Shown here in pieces: positions 51,551 through 61,501 of a DNA stretch of 64,000 nucleotides. The notes beneath the pieces are model-generated. The model was given only the letters and a program-made list of their open reading frames with translations, searched no databases and was not told the DNA's origin. The DNA comes from Candidatus Babelota bacterium (GTDB taxonomy: Bacteria; Babelota; Babeliae; Babelales; Vermiphilaceae): positions 22,123-86,122 of the forward strand of contig JAJCZB010000041.1 in the NCBI GenBank assembly GCA_029262595.1. Direction: 5' to 3'. The translations under genes and the position numbers were made by a program. Numbering within the stretch: the first letter of the stretch is position 1; every line of letters starts with the position of its first letter.

Positions 51551-53788
51551 ATGGAACAGCGCCAAGAACAGCAACTACCACTCATATACCGTGTTATCCC
51601 GCCTATGATTTTAGCCTTAACTACTGGGCTCGTATATTACCCATCCCTATCATATGACTTTCAATTTGATGATATCGCAAATATCACCAAGCATTTTGAC
51701 ATCAGACACTATTCTCTTTCAAAACTTTTCTTTTCAGGTACGCGATGGATTAGCTACTGGCTCAACTCGCTCCACTATCAAATCGGCAAATTCGATCCGT
51801 TTTCCTATCGCCTCGGCAATGTACTCATCCATACAAGCAACGGACTTTTGGTCTTTTTCATATTACTCATGATACTCACTCGCCTACCGCAAAAATCTTT
51901 TTTTAAGCGTAATGCATTTGGATTATCATTTCTTACTGCGCTACTTTTTCTTTTACACCCCGTCCAAACACAAACAATTTCATATGTAATTCAGGGCCAA
52001 CTTGAGGGGATTTCAACGCTCTTTACTCTCTGTATGACATTGTGCTTCCTTGTTAGCTCTTATTATCAACAAAAAGCGATACGCTTTGCAGCAACGATTC
52101 TCTTCTTTCTCCTTGCTCTGTTTTCAACAGGAACAAAAGAAATTGCCATAATAAGCCCCTTTTTAATTATGCTTGTTGATTGGTTTTTTGTAGCACGTGG
52201 CTCAATTGGTTCACTTAAGTCCCGCGCTTGGTTTCATATTGCAAATACCGTTACGGTGGTTGGTCTCTATGTATTTTTGCTCAAACCATCATTTTTTATC
52301 GAACTCTTTGGGTTGCAAATGAAAGTGGGTAACAATCTCGGAAATATTATTACCCCTGATCCAACGCAAAACATTACCCCTCTTCACTTTTTCATTTCTC
52401 AATTCAAAGTAATCCTCCATTATCTATGGATATTTTTGTGGCCATTCAATATCAGCGTTGAATATGATTGGATGCTTGTGGATGGATTTTTCGCTGCCGA
52501 TTGCATTATTCCACTCGCATTTCTCTCAACGATTACCTACTTTATTTACAAGCTTCTCAAGCAAAACCCCACTAATATCATTGCATTTGCAGCATTGTGG
52601 TTTGCTATCGCAATGGCGCCCCGATCAAGCATTCTGCCATCTCCAGAGCTACTCGTTGATTATAAAACGTACCTCGCATCGTTCGGATGGCTCTTTATTA
52701 TTAGCGCAGGAATAATCAAATGTTACGATTGGCTGAGATGGCAAAAGGCAGGATTTAGGCAGTTTGCAGATACATTCAAAGTGCCGCAGATATTTGTAAC
52801 CAGCCTTGCATTGCTGCTTTCTTTTGGGACAATGAATCGCAACACAATTTGGAAGTCTGGATTAGATTTTTGGGCAAATATTGTACAAAATGCTCCTGGA
52901 AAAGCACGTGCGTATAATAACTACGGAGTAGAGCTTTCTCAAAAACTCGGAAAGTTTGCTGAATCAATTCCCTACTTTGAACATGCAATTAAAATGCAAA
53001 GAGATTACAGAGACCCATATAACAATCTTGCTGTCGCCTATGCCGCTACGCATCAAATAGATCGTGCCATTGACACTCTGCAGATAAGCCTAAAAATTAA
53101 CCCTTACTACCCTGAAGCTTACAATAATATTGCTTCGTTTTTAATTGAAAAAAAAGATTATGAACAAGCGAAACGTGCATTACGAGTTGCTCTACAACTG
53201 CGCCCACACTATGGCAAAGCGCACTTTAATATGGGGCGCGTTTTGATGGAACAAGAAGAACACGAACAAGCATGGGAATCATTCCGAAAAGCGTGTATGG
53301 AAGCTGATCTTGATAACGAATCCGGCTTTTTTGGATTAGCAAAATGTAGCCTTTTTTTGAAAAAATTTGATGACGCCATCTTTGCATGTAAAAAAGTCCT
53401 TGAGTGCAATCCAAACAATGAAGATGCCGCCTTTTCTCTGGCAAACGCATATTACATGACCGATCAATTTAGTATGGCCGTTCAAACCTACACAGCAATG
53501 CTACAGAAAAACCCTCAAGATGGGCGCCTTTGGTATAATTTAGCCGAAGCGCATTTTGGAGCTGGCAATACCGTTGAAGCACTCAAAACATTCGAACGAC
53601 TAAAAGGCAGCCCTCAAATATCTCCAAATTTGTTCATCAGGATAGCTGCTTGCTATGAAAAACTAGGCAATCCACGCAAAGCTCAAAATACATTACAAGA
53701 ACTTCTTTCACGAAACATACCAGCAGACGCAAAACACACAATCCAGACTGCGCTCGCCAAATTGAACCAGCAATACCAGCTTAGCTAG
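51551..53788 (+). CDS. Polytopic membrane domain + C-terminal TPR array (TMTC/PMT-like glycosyltransferase architecture)
   Basis: N-terminal YDFQFDD motif in the first loop, about 10 TM segments, then at least 7 TPR repeats. The ATG at 51551 follows AAGGAG; the track ORF begins upstream at a TTG. Confidence 0.6.
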   Translation: MEQRQEQQLPLIYRVIPPMILALTTGLVYYPSLSYDFQFDDIANITKHFDIRHYSLSKLFFSGTRWISYWLNSLHYQIGKFDPFSYRLGNVLIHTSNGLLVFFILLMILTRLPQKSFFKRNAFGLSFLTALLFLLHPVQTQTISYVIQGQLEGISTLFTLCMTLCFLVSSYYQQKAIRFAATILFFLLALFSTGTKEIAIISPFLIMLVDWFFVARGSIGSLKSRAWFHIANTVTVVGLYVFLLKPSFFIELFGLQMKVGNNLGNIITPDPTQNITPLHFFISQFKVILHYLWIFLWPFNISVEYDWMLVDGFFAADCIIPLAFLSTITYFIYKLLKQNPTNIIAFAALWFAIAMAPRSSILPSPELLVDYKTYLASFGWLFIISAGIIKCYDWLRWQKAGFRQFADTFKVPQIFVTSLALLLSFGTMNRNTIWKSGLDFWANIVQNAPGKARAYNNYGVELSQKLGKFAESIPYFEHAIKMQRDYRDPYNNLAVAYAATHQIDRAIDTLQISLKINPYYPEAYNNIASFLIEKKDYEQAKRALRVALQLRPHYGKAHFNMGRVLMEQEEHEQAWESFRKACMEADLDNESGFFGLAKCSLFLKKFDDAIFACKKVLECNPNNEDAAFSLANAYYMTDQFSMAVQTYTAMLQKNPQDGRLWYNLAEAHFGAGNTVEALKTFERLKGSPQISPNLFIRIAACYEKLGNPRKAQNTLQELLSRNIPADAKHTIQTALAKLNQQYQLS

Positions 53789-53872
53789 ATTGCTTTTGGC
53801 CAAAATAGCCTTTTTTTAGTAGGCTGTTTGTATAACAAATCATTCAAAGAGCAATTTGCCTTGGAAAATCTG

Positions 53873-56338
53873 ATGGATAAAAAATACAATAATACTGCGG
53901 CCGAAACAGATCTTCCCATTCGATGGGAACAGGAAAAAACATACAGCATCACACATAACCCTGGTGAACAGTACAGCATCGATACACCGCCTCCAACCGT
54001 ATCGGGGTCTCTGCATATTGGACATATTTTCTCATACACCCAAACTGATATCACAGCTCGCTATAAACGTATGAGTGGATACTCGGTTTTCTATCCATTT
54101 GGTTTTGATGATAATGGTTTGCCCACTGAACGATACGTTGAAAAAAAGGCAAAAGTTCGACCGCACGAAGTTGGCCGATCAGAATTCATTACATTGTGCT
54201 TAGAGCAAACAAAAGAAGCCGAACAACAATTTAAGTCTCTGTGGCAACGCATTGGTCTATCAGTTGATTGGGATTATTGGTACTCAACAATTTCCAAAGA
54301 AGCTCGAAAAATTTCTCAGCTTTCTTTTTTAAAGCTATATAAAGACGGCTATATTTATCAAAAAGATGAACCGGCAATTTATTGCCCAACCTGCAGAACC
54401 ACCGTTGCGCAAGCTGAACTTGATGACCAAGAAAAGCCATCATTTTTTAATGATATTATTTTTAAAGCGCAAGACGGATCTGATCTAATCATTGGCACCA
54501 CTCGCCCAGAACTTTTGTATTCAACGAGCGCATTGCTCTATCATCCTGATGACGCGCGCTACCAGCACCTCAAAGGCACAAAAGCTACCGTGCCAATTTA
54601 CAACACTGAAATTCCGATCCTTGAAGATGAACTGGTTGAAATAGAAAAGGGCACTGGGCTCGTTATGGTCTCTACGTTTGGAGATCAAACTGATATTATT
54701 TGGTACAAAAAACACAATCTTCCCCTACGTCTTTCAATTGGCCTGGATGGAAAGTGGATCCCTGAAACAGGAATACTGGCAGGGTTGAGAACCGCTGCTG
54801 CACGCGAAAAAATCATTGAAGAGCTTAAAACGCGTGAACTTCTCGTCGATCAAAAAGCCATCAGCCACTCTGTAAATGTTCACGAACGATGTAAAAAAGA
54901 AATTGAATATGCCGTGCTCACGCAATGGTTTGTAAAAATTTTAGAACACAAACAAACCTTTATTGATCTGGCTGATCAGATCGAATGGTATCCTTCTTTT
55001 ATGAAATCACGCTATACCAACTGGGTTGAAAATGTGAAATGGGATTGGTGCATTTCGCGCCAGCGATTCTATGGCATTCCGTTTCCGGTATGGCACTGCA
55101 ACGATTGCAAAGAGATTCTGTTGCCTGACGAAAAAGATCTGCCAATTGACCCTCAAGAGACATCTTTTCCTGGTAAGTCATGCTCATCATGCAAAAGTGA
55201 AAACATTACTCCTGATACAGACGTAATGGATACGTGGAATACATCTTCTTTAACCCCGTATATTTGCTATAACTTATTTTCAAAAAAAGAAGACCCTTTC
55301 TCTAAAGAGGCGCTAGAGTTTATTCCAATGGGAATGCGCCCGCAAGCACATGATATTATTCGCACATGGGCATTTTATACCATCATAAAATCATGGATGC
55401 ACTCTAAAACCATTCCATGGAAACAGATTGTTATCTCTGGGCACGTGCTCAGCAATGAAAAAGAAAAAATTTCAAAATCAAAGGGCAATAATCCGCTTGA
55501 TCCTGAAAATTTATTGCAAAAATATTCAGCTGATGTAATTCGCTATTGGACAGCATCTGGAAGTCTTGGCCAGGATATTTCATTTTCTGAAACGCAATTA
55601 AAGATTGGGCAAAAACTTGTTACTAAATTGTGGAATGCGTTTCGATTTGCAGAGCCTCACTTGCAGGATTTTTCTCCAAAAGAAGCTCCTAAAGATTTGG
55701 GCGTCGTAAATGAATGGCTGCTAGACCGTATCAGTACTACATTTGAAAAATACCAATCATATTTTGCAAAGCATGAGTTTGGGCTCGCGCTACAAGTAGT
55801 TGAGCAATTTTTCTGGACTGATTTTTGTGATAACTACTTAGAGCTTATTAAAAATCAACTGTTTAATCCCGATGAATATGCGCCAGAAGAAGTCTACGCA
55901 ACTAAATGGACTCTCTACACAGTTGGCTTGCGTATTTTGCAACTTTATGCGCCCTACCTGCCTTATGTAACTGAAACGATATATGATGAACTATATAAAA
56001 AACAGGTTGGAATAAGCTCAATTCATCAAAACAAGTTTACTGCTGCACAAAAAAAATATCGCTTTGAGCACGCACGCGAGATCATGAGCTCAATTAATTT
56101 CATAGTTTCAGAAGTAAGAAAATTAAAGACAAACCTACAACTATCGCTAAAAACCCCTCTTGCTTTTCTTACTATTACATCTGACCAGAATGTTATGAAA
56201 CAATTGAGCAATCATGAACAACTTCTTAAAGGAGTTACTCAAGCAGAAGAAATTACTCATATTGTTTCGGAAAATGGAAAAACATTACTTTCAAAAGAGG
56301 GTGAAAAATGGCACGCAAGCGTAGCGATAAAAAAATAA
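53873..56338 (+). CDS. valS: Valine--tRNA ligase
   Basis: PPPTVSGSLHIGH (HIGH), GFDDNGLPTE, an editing domain, and KISKSKGN (KMSKS). The start is taken as the ATG at 53873 (MDKKYN...). Confidence 0.88.
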   Translation: MDKKYNNTAAETDLPIRWEQEKTYSITHNPGEQYSIDTPPPTVSGSLHIGHIFSYTQTDITARYKRMSGYSVFYPFGFDDNGLPTERYVEKKAKVRPHEVGRSEFITLCLEQTKEAEQQFKSLWQRIGLSVDWDYWYSTISKEARKISQLSFLKLYKDGYIYQKDEPAIYCPTCRTTVAQAELDDQEKPSFFNDIIFKAQDGSDLIIGTTRPELLYSTSALLYHPDDARYQHLKGTKATVPIYNTEIPILEDELVEIEKGTGLVMVSTFGDQTDIIWYKKHNLPLRLSIGLDGKWIPETGILAGLRTAAAREKIIEELKTRELLVDQKAISHSVNVHERCKKEIEYAVLTQWFVKILEHKQTFIDLADQIEWYPSFMKSRYTNWVENVKWDWCISRQRFYGIPFPVWHCNDCKEILLPDEKDLPIDPQETSFPGKSCSSCKSENITPDTDVMDTWNTSSLTPYICYNLFSKKEDPFSKEALEFIPMGMRPQAHDIIRTWAFYTIIKSWMHSKTIPWKQIVISGHVLSNEKEKISKSKGNNPLDPENLLQKYSADVIRYWTASGSLGQDISFSETQLKIGQKLVTKLWNAFRFAEPHLQDFSPKEAPKDLGVVNEWLLDRISTTFEKYQSYFAKHEFGLALQVVEQFFWTDFCDNYLELIKNQLFNPDEYAPEEVYATKWTLYTVGLRILQLYAPYLPYVTETIYDELYKKQVGISSIHQNKFTAAQKKYRFEHAREIMSSINFIVSEVRKLKTNLQLSLKTPLAFLTITSDQNVMKQLSNHEQLLKGVTQAEEITHIVSENGKTLLSKEGEKWHASVAIKK

Positions 56339-56751
56339 AAAAAGTTTTTTGGTTCTTATTGTCTTTCACATGCGCAAACACATCTTTTTGCGCAGAAACT
56401 CCTTATCCCCCTGGAGAAGCGGAAACACGCCCGCTTACAAGTAGTGGTATTGCAAATCTCTTGAGAGGGTCTGCATCTGACAACGCATCGGCAGGTGGCA
56501 ATGGTGTAGTTCTTGTGGAGGAAGAAGATGGAAGGGACGCATTGCTCCAAAAATGCTTACAAGCTATTGAAGGCAATAATCCAGATGAGTTAGCGGAACT
56601 CATGTCACCTGACCTAGATCTTGCAGCGCTACAAGCCGCACAACAAGTCTTACAACATTCTATCGCAGAAGCTGCATTACCTCACGGCGATACCTCAATG
56701 ATAAAAGCCACCCGCATCCTCTCCATCATTCTTGAGGCACAAGACGCATGA
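56308..56751 (+). CDS. Secreted hypothetical protein
   Basis: 147-aa ORF with a signal-like N-terminus KKVFWFLLSFTCANTSFCA. It overlaps the valS end and is ATGA-coupled to ybeY. Confidence 0.4.
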   Translation: MARKRSDKKIKKVFWFLLSFTCANTSFCAETPYPPGEAETRPLTSSGIANLLRGSASDNASAGGNGVVLVEEEDGRDALLQKCLQAIEGNNPDELAELMSPDLDLAALQAAQQVLQHSIAEAALPHGDTSMIKATRILSIILEAQDA

Positions 56752-57197
56752 TTGCTCTTCAAAATAAACAACCCATTCCTCTCGACACGCAGCAACTCGA
56801 AAAGGACGCACATATTATTTTGCAGCATCTTGAGTACGGTGATTTTGATCTGGGTATTTTATTGACTGATACAAAAACTATGCATGATTTGAATAAAAAA
56901 CATCGTGATAAAGACAAGCCTACTGATATTTTATCATTTCCTTTTTATCCTGAATTACAACCAGGGCAACGCATTAAAGCGCACACTGATGATGAAAAAA
57001 ATATCGGCGATATTATTATTTGCCCCGAATACGTTAAATCAGATCTAGAACGATGGGGCCAACCATTTGAGCAGCGCATGCGCGTACTGCTAGTTCATGG
57101 CATCTGCCATCTTATCGGGTATGATCATATTAAGGATGAAGATTACGAAGTAATGAAACAAAAAGAAGAAGAGCTTCTTTCATTACTTAAGGCGTAA
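56748..57197 (+). CDS. ybeY: rRNA maturation endoribonuclease YbeY
   Basis: Zinc motif HGICHLIGYDH. Confidence 0.85.
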   Translation: MIALQNKQPIPLDTQQLEKDAHIILQHLEYGDFDLGILLTDTKTMHDLNKKHRDKDKPTDILSFPFYPELQPGQRIKAHTDDEKNIGDIIICPEYVKSDLERWGQPFEQRMRVLLVHGICHLIGYDHIKDEDYEVMKQKEEELLSLLKA

Positions 57198-58502
57198 CAC
57201 TTCTGGTTTCTTATAAGCCAGTAATACAATACCAATCAAGTTTGGAATAGCAACAAACATAACGAGCGTATCAATAATATCCCACAATAATTTCATGGGA
57301 ACCAATGCGCCGCTAAAAATCATACAAACCGTAAACGCCATATACATATTCATCATCACACGATTGTCTTTTACCAAAATTCCAAAACTTTGCATGCCGT
57401 TTAGCGTATTACCCATTACAGTGGTAAGAACAAAAAGCGTAACACTAAAAAGCAAAACATATTGCCCCATGCCTGGCGCTTGCAGTTTAAACACTTCATA
57501 AATAAGTGTACTTCTAAATGCTCCCAAACTCCAAATGCCGGTTACTAATACTAATAAACCTGATAGCGCTGATAAGAAAATATCTGCAAGAACTGATCCC
57601 ATAGCAAGCGTTGCTTGATCAGTTGGATTTTTTGTATCGGCAAGAGAATGAGCAATTGACGATGTGCCTAGGCCTGATTCAGTAATAAAAATACCTCGAA
57701 ACATTCCTTCTCGAACCGCACGCAATACAGAGGCGCCTAAAAACCCTCCCACTGCTGCAGCTGGATTAAACGCATTGTAAAACATAAGACGAAATGCACT
57801 TAAAAGCGCTGCCGGATTTCGCAATAAAATAGAAAGTGCAAACGTTACATAAAGCACAAACATAATAGGAACCAACCTGCTTGCAAAAGCACCCACTCGC
57901 TTTGCGCCTCCAGATAACGCAAGCACTACAAAGCTTGCAAGCACAAGCCCAACAATCCAATGAGGCACACCTTCAAGAGCCATGATATTAGCCAGTGTAT
58001 TTGCTTGCCCGCTCGACCAACTTAAAATTACAAAAATAATGAGATAGCCATACCAATTAGATAGCCACATACCTACCGATTTTAAATACTGAATAGGGCC
58101 ACCCAATACAAACCCATCTTCTAAATATTTTCGAGTATCAAGCGCAAATGCAACTTCAGTATATTTTGTTACCGAGCCAAAAAACATATAAAAAATTAAC
58201 CAGAAAAGAGCCCCGGGTCCTCCAATCATAATTGCAAGAGATGGGCTGACCACATTTCCCATACCAATTGTGGTGGCCATTGCAGCAAACAGCGCGTGAA
58301 AAGGATTAATTGTTTTACCTTTAGACTGCTTTGCTTCCTTTACGCCAGTAAATATTAACTTTAAAAAACGAGGAAATGCTCGAAACTGCACAAATCCTGT
58401 CTTAAACGTTAGAAAAATACTTACACCAAAAAATAATATTATCGAAGGAAATGCAAGAACTTGATTGTTAAGCCAATCAAAAAAACTATATATAGCGATC
58501 AT
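57183..58502 (-). CDS. Sodium:alanine (AGCS family) symporter
   Basis: FHALFAAMATTIGMGNVVSPSLAIMIGGPGALFWL is the AGCS signature. About 11 TM segments. Confidence 0.85.
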   Translation of the reverse strand: MIAIYSFFDWLNNQVLAFPSIILFFGVSIFLTFKTGFVQFRAFPRFLKLIFTGVKEAKQSKGKTINPFHALFAAMATTIGMGNVVSPSLAIMIGGPGALFWLIFYMFFGSVTKYTEVAFALDTRKYLEDGFVLGGPIQYLKSVGMWLSNWYGYLIIFVILSWSSGQANTLANIMALEGVPHWIVGLVLASFVVLALSGGAKRVGAFASRLVPIMFVLYVTFALSILLRNPAALLSAFRLMFYNAFNPAAAVGGFLGASVLRAVREGMFRGIFITESGLGTSSIAHSLADTKNPTDQATLAMGSVLADIFLSALSGLLVLVTGIWSLGAFRSTLIYEVFKLQAPGMGQYVLLFSVTLFVLTTVMGNTLNGMQSFGILVKDNRVMMNMYMAFTVCMIFSGALVPMKLLWDIIDTLVMFVAIPNLIGIVLLAYKKPEVLRLK

Positions 58503-58548
58503 ATAAATTCTCTTTCTGTGTTACTGTCGATGTAATGTAGTTTTGTAG

Positions 58549-59148
58549 CTAATTCGGCTGCTTTGATAAATAAGACAATGCTTGTCGCATTAATTGATCA
58601 AATGAACTGCTTGAATCTGTATTTTTATTTCTTACAAACTCAAGCGCCTGAGTTACTTCAGGACGAGAATAATTCAGGGCACGTAACGCTTCTGAAACTG
58701 TTTGAAAGTGTGTCTGATCTTTTCCTATAGGGGTAATGCCGGTATCTATCATTTGCTGTACTTTATGCTTTAGCTGGACAATCATCTGCTCTGCTTTTTT
58801 TACCCCAATACCATTTACCTGGCTCAATAATTTTTCATTTCCTGTTTGAACCGCTTCGATAAACCCTGAACCCCCTAAATCACAAAGTATCGCCAACCCA
58901 ATCCTTGGGCCAACCCCCGAACAGCTTGTTGCTAATAAAAAGATCGTTTTATCTACTTGAGTAGCAAATCCATATAAAGATGGCCCCTGCTCTTGATTCC
59001 AATGGAGGTGTACTTGTATCGTCTTTTGGGTTCCTATCGGAAAAATTGATTCATCTGGCACAAGACAATCTACCCCTATCGGCCCAATAGAAAGGGATAC
59101 TGACTGCTTTTTGTGAGCAATAATAGTTCCGGTCAATGCGTGAATCAT
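58549..59148 (-). CDS. ruvA: Holliday junction branch migration protein RuvA
   Basis: N-terminal OB fold (MIHALTGTI), double helix-hairpin-helix (GVGPRIGLAIL, VNGIGVKKAEQMI), and a C-terminal domain III. Confidence 0.85.
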   Translation of the reverse strand: MIHALTGTIIAHKKQSVSLSIGPIGVDCLVPDESIFPIGTQKTIQVHLHWNQEQGPSLYGFATQVDKTIFLLATSCSGVGPRIGLAILCDLGGSGFIEAVQTGNEKLLSQVNGIGVKKAEQMIVQLKHKVQQMIDTGITPIGKDQTHFQTVSEALRALNYSRPEVTQALEFVRNKNTDSSSSFDQLMRQALSYLSKQPN

Positions 59149-59302
59149 TCAATTTCCTCGATATATCGATAAACTCCTAACAATGTACCCGAAAACCTAC
59201 CTGCTTTGCAAGTGGCTCCCTAATGGCCAAAAAAGTGATTATTCGTTGACAAATAAGGCCACCATGCTACCATAGTTTTATTCTTTTAGAATCAATGACA
59301 TC

Positions 59303-59378
59303 GCGGAAATAGCTCAGCTGGTAGAGCGTTGCCTTGCCAAGGCAAAGGTCGCGGGTTCGAATCCCGTTTTCCGCTCCA
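59303..59378 (+). tRNA. tRNA-Gly (anticodon GCC), CCA encoded
   Basis: GCGGAAA-TA-GCTC-AGCTGGTA-GAGC-G-TTGCC-TTGCCAA-GGCAA-AGGTC-GCGGG-TTCGAAT-CCCGT-TTTCCGC-T-CCA. A possible promoter is TTGACA (59246) N16 TACCAT. Confidence 0.92.
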
Positions 59379-59452
59379 AAACTCTAGTCAAGAAAAAAGC
59401 TTTTTAAAACATCTCAATCTATACCATTACACAGTAAGTAGGATCGCGGTAT

Positions 59453-60007
59453 ATGAAATCAATCATGGAAGAAGCGTCATCAATCAGTAAAGCTGTTGAT
59501 TTAGCATGGAACAGAGCTGGAAAACCAGCACAATTTTCAGTTAAAGTCCTGGAAGAGCCTGAGCGCAATATGTTTGGATTAACCGTTAAATCGGCAAAAA
59601 TCGCTCTCTTTTTTGAAGAAAGAAGAAAGGCAGAATCCCCTACTCGACAACCTGAAAGAAGACGTCCTGCTCGACAAGAACAACCAACGCGAGCTGCTGA
59701 ACAACCAAAAAATCAAAATGAAACTCGCCCCTTAAAACGCCCTCGCCCTGAATGGACAGAGTCACTTGCGCAAGAAGCAAAAGATTGGGTTGATAGCACA
59801 TTAAAGATTTCTGGAATGGATCACATACAATATAATTCTTCTTTTTCTGGATCCGCCATTAAGTTTATTTTCGACGCAACGCTAACTGGCACTGAAGGCA
59901 AAGATCGTATGCTTTTTAGCAGCTTTGCCTGCTTAATACTTGCCACACTGCGCAATCGGCACAAACGCCAACTTCGAAACTTGAAGGTTATACTGCTTAC
60001 TGCGTGA
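59453..60007 (+). CDS. Jag/KhpB-like RNA-binding protein (tentative)
   Basis: Jag_N-like start (ISKAVDLAWNRAG....V.VLEEP...MFG). It lies directly upstream of mnmE, as in the conserved jag-mnmE arrangement. The C-terminal KH/R3H part is divergent. Confidence 0.5.
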   Translation: MKSIMEEASSISKAVDLAWNRAGKPAQFSVKVLEEPERNMFGLTVKSAKIALFFEERRKAESPTRQPERRRPARQEQPTRAAEQPKNQNETRPLKRPRPEWTESLAQEAKDWVDSTLKISGMDHIQYNSSFSGSAIKFIFDATLTGTEGKDRMLFSSFACLILATLRNRHKRQLRNLKVILLTA

Positions 60008-60034
60008 TAGCTACAAAATGGGGGTATCTTTTTT

Positions 60035-61411
60035 ATGTCTTTGCATATGCACGATGAACAATCTATTGTTGCGCAATGCAGCCCAAAAGGCTCGGGAGCC
60101 ATTGGCCTCATTCGTATAACAGGAATCAATGCTATTCAAATAGCTGATTCTATCGCCCAGCTTGCTGATACAAAACAGCTTTCTAATCACTCAACGCATA
60201 CTATTCATTATGGAAAAGTTGTTGATAACAAGGGCGTTGTTATTGATACAGTTCTCTTTCTTTTAATGCATGGCCCAAAGACCTTTACAGGGCAAGATAC
60301 CGTAGAAATTACGTGTCACAACAATCCATTTATTATTGAATCCATCATCGCTCAAGCTATTTCTGCTGGAGCTCGATTAGCTCAAGCTGGCGAATTTACT
60401 AAGCGAGCGGTTATTAATAAAAAAATCGATCTCATTCAAGCTGAAGCAATTAATGATCTCATTCATGCCAATAGCCAGGAAGGGCTCAAGCGATCTCTTT
60501 CTCAGCTTAAAGGAACACTTTCCCACCATATTCACAACATTGAGCAACAACTAATAAAAGCTTTGGCGCTCTCTGAAGCAAGCTTTGAGTTTATCGATGA
60601 AGAGTCTCTAGAATTTGGAGATCAAATCAAAGAAATAGTTACCAGCACTCTCAGCGCAATAAGCAAGCTTCGAAAGACATTTTCACAGCAAAAACAAATA
60701 CGAGAGGGCGTTCGAATTGCTCTCATCGGTTCAGTTAATGCTGGAAAATCTTCCTTATTTAATAGCATTATTGGCTCCAGTCGAGCTATAGTAACCAATC
60801 AAGCAGGAACTACCCGAGACGTCATTGAAGCTGGCTTATACGAAAAAAGCCTCTACTGGACATTGATCGATACCGCTGGATTACGCCAAACAAATGACGT
60901 TATTGAGGCCGCCGGGATTGAGCGATCTCACAACGAAGCTCATAAAGCAGATATAATACTCTTAGTGGTGGATGGCAGTAGGCATCTCACTGCACAAGAA
61001 ATCATTGTTTATAACGATTTGCTGAACAAATATAAGACAAAATCCCTTATTGTCTATACTAAATCAGACCTCTCACAACATGCTCAAATCCTAGGCGACG
61101 GTCGTATATCGATATCCTGTACTCTACCAAACAGCGTAAAATCGCTCAAAAAAGAGCTTCTCGCTAAGGTTGATCACTTACTGAAAATAGAAGAATCGCC
61201 TCACCTTTTGACTCATCGCCAGCACAATCTCCTTTTGGGGCTTGAACAAAAATTAGGCCTTATTATGCCACATTTTGAAAAAGATTTGGCCTATGAGCTC
61301 ATATCGCACCATCTCCAAGAAGCCCTCTCTGGGATTGGAGAAATAACAGGAAAAACCATATCAGAACGCGGTATGGATGCGGTTTTTCGAGATTTTTGCG
61401 TAGGAAAATAA
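60035..61411 (+). CDS. mnmE: tRNA modification GTPase MnmE (TrmE)
   Basis: N-terminal GAIGLIRITG, G-domain GSVNAGKSSLFN / DTAGLR / TKSD, and C-terminal FCVGK. Confidence 0.92.
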   Translation: MSLHMHDEQSIVAQCSPKGSGAIGLIRITGINAIQIADSIAQLADTKQLSNHSTHTIHYGKVVDNKGVVIDTVLFLLMHGPKTFTGQDTVEITCHNNPFIIESIIAQAISAGARLAQAGEFTKRAVINKKIDLIQAEAINDLIHANSQEGLKRSLSQLKGTLSHHIHNIEQQLIKALALSEASFEFIDEESLEFGDQIKEIVTSTLSAISKLRKTFSQQKQIREGVRIALIGSVNAGKSSLFNSIIGSSRAIVTNQAGTTRDVIEAGLYEKSLYWTLIDTAGLRQTNDVIEAAGIERSHNEAHKADIILLVVDGSRHLTAQEIIVYNDLLNKYKTKSLIVYTKSDLSQHAQILGDGRISISCTLPNSVKSLKKELLAKVDHLLKIEESPHLLTHRQHNLLLGLEQKLGLIMPHFEKDLAYELISHHLQEALSGIGEITGKTISERGMDAVFRDFCVGK

Positions 61412-61501
61412 AGGCTCTATGTAAGGGCTGTAGCGACCAATCGCCATATATGATATACTAATAGAAAACTAAAGCTTGGAATAACTGGGGAAAAAGGGAT
61501 T

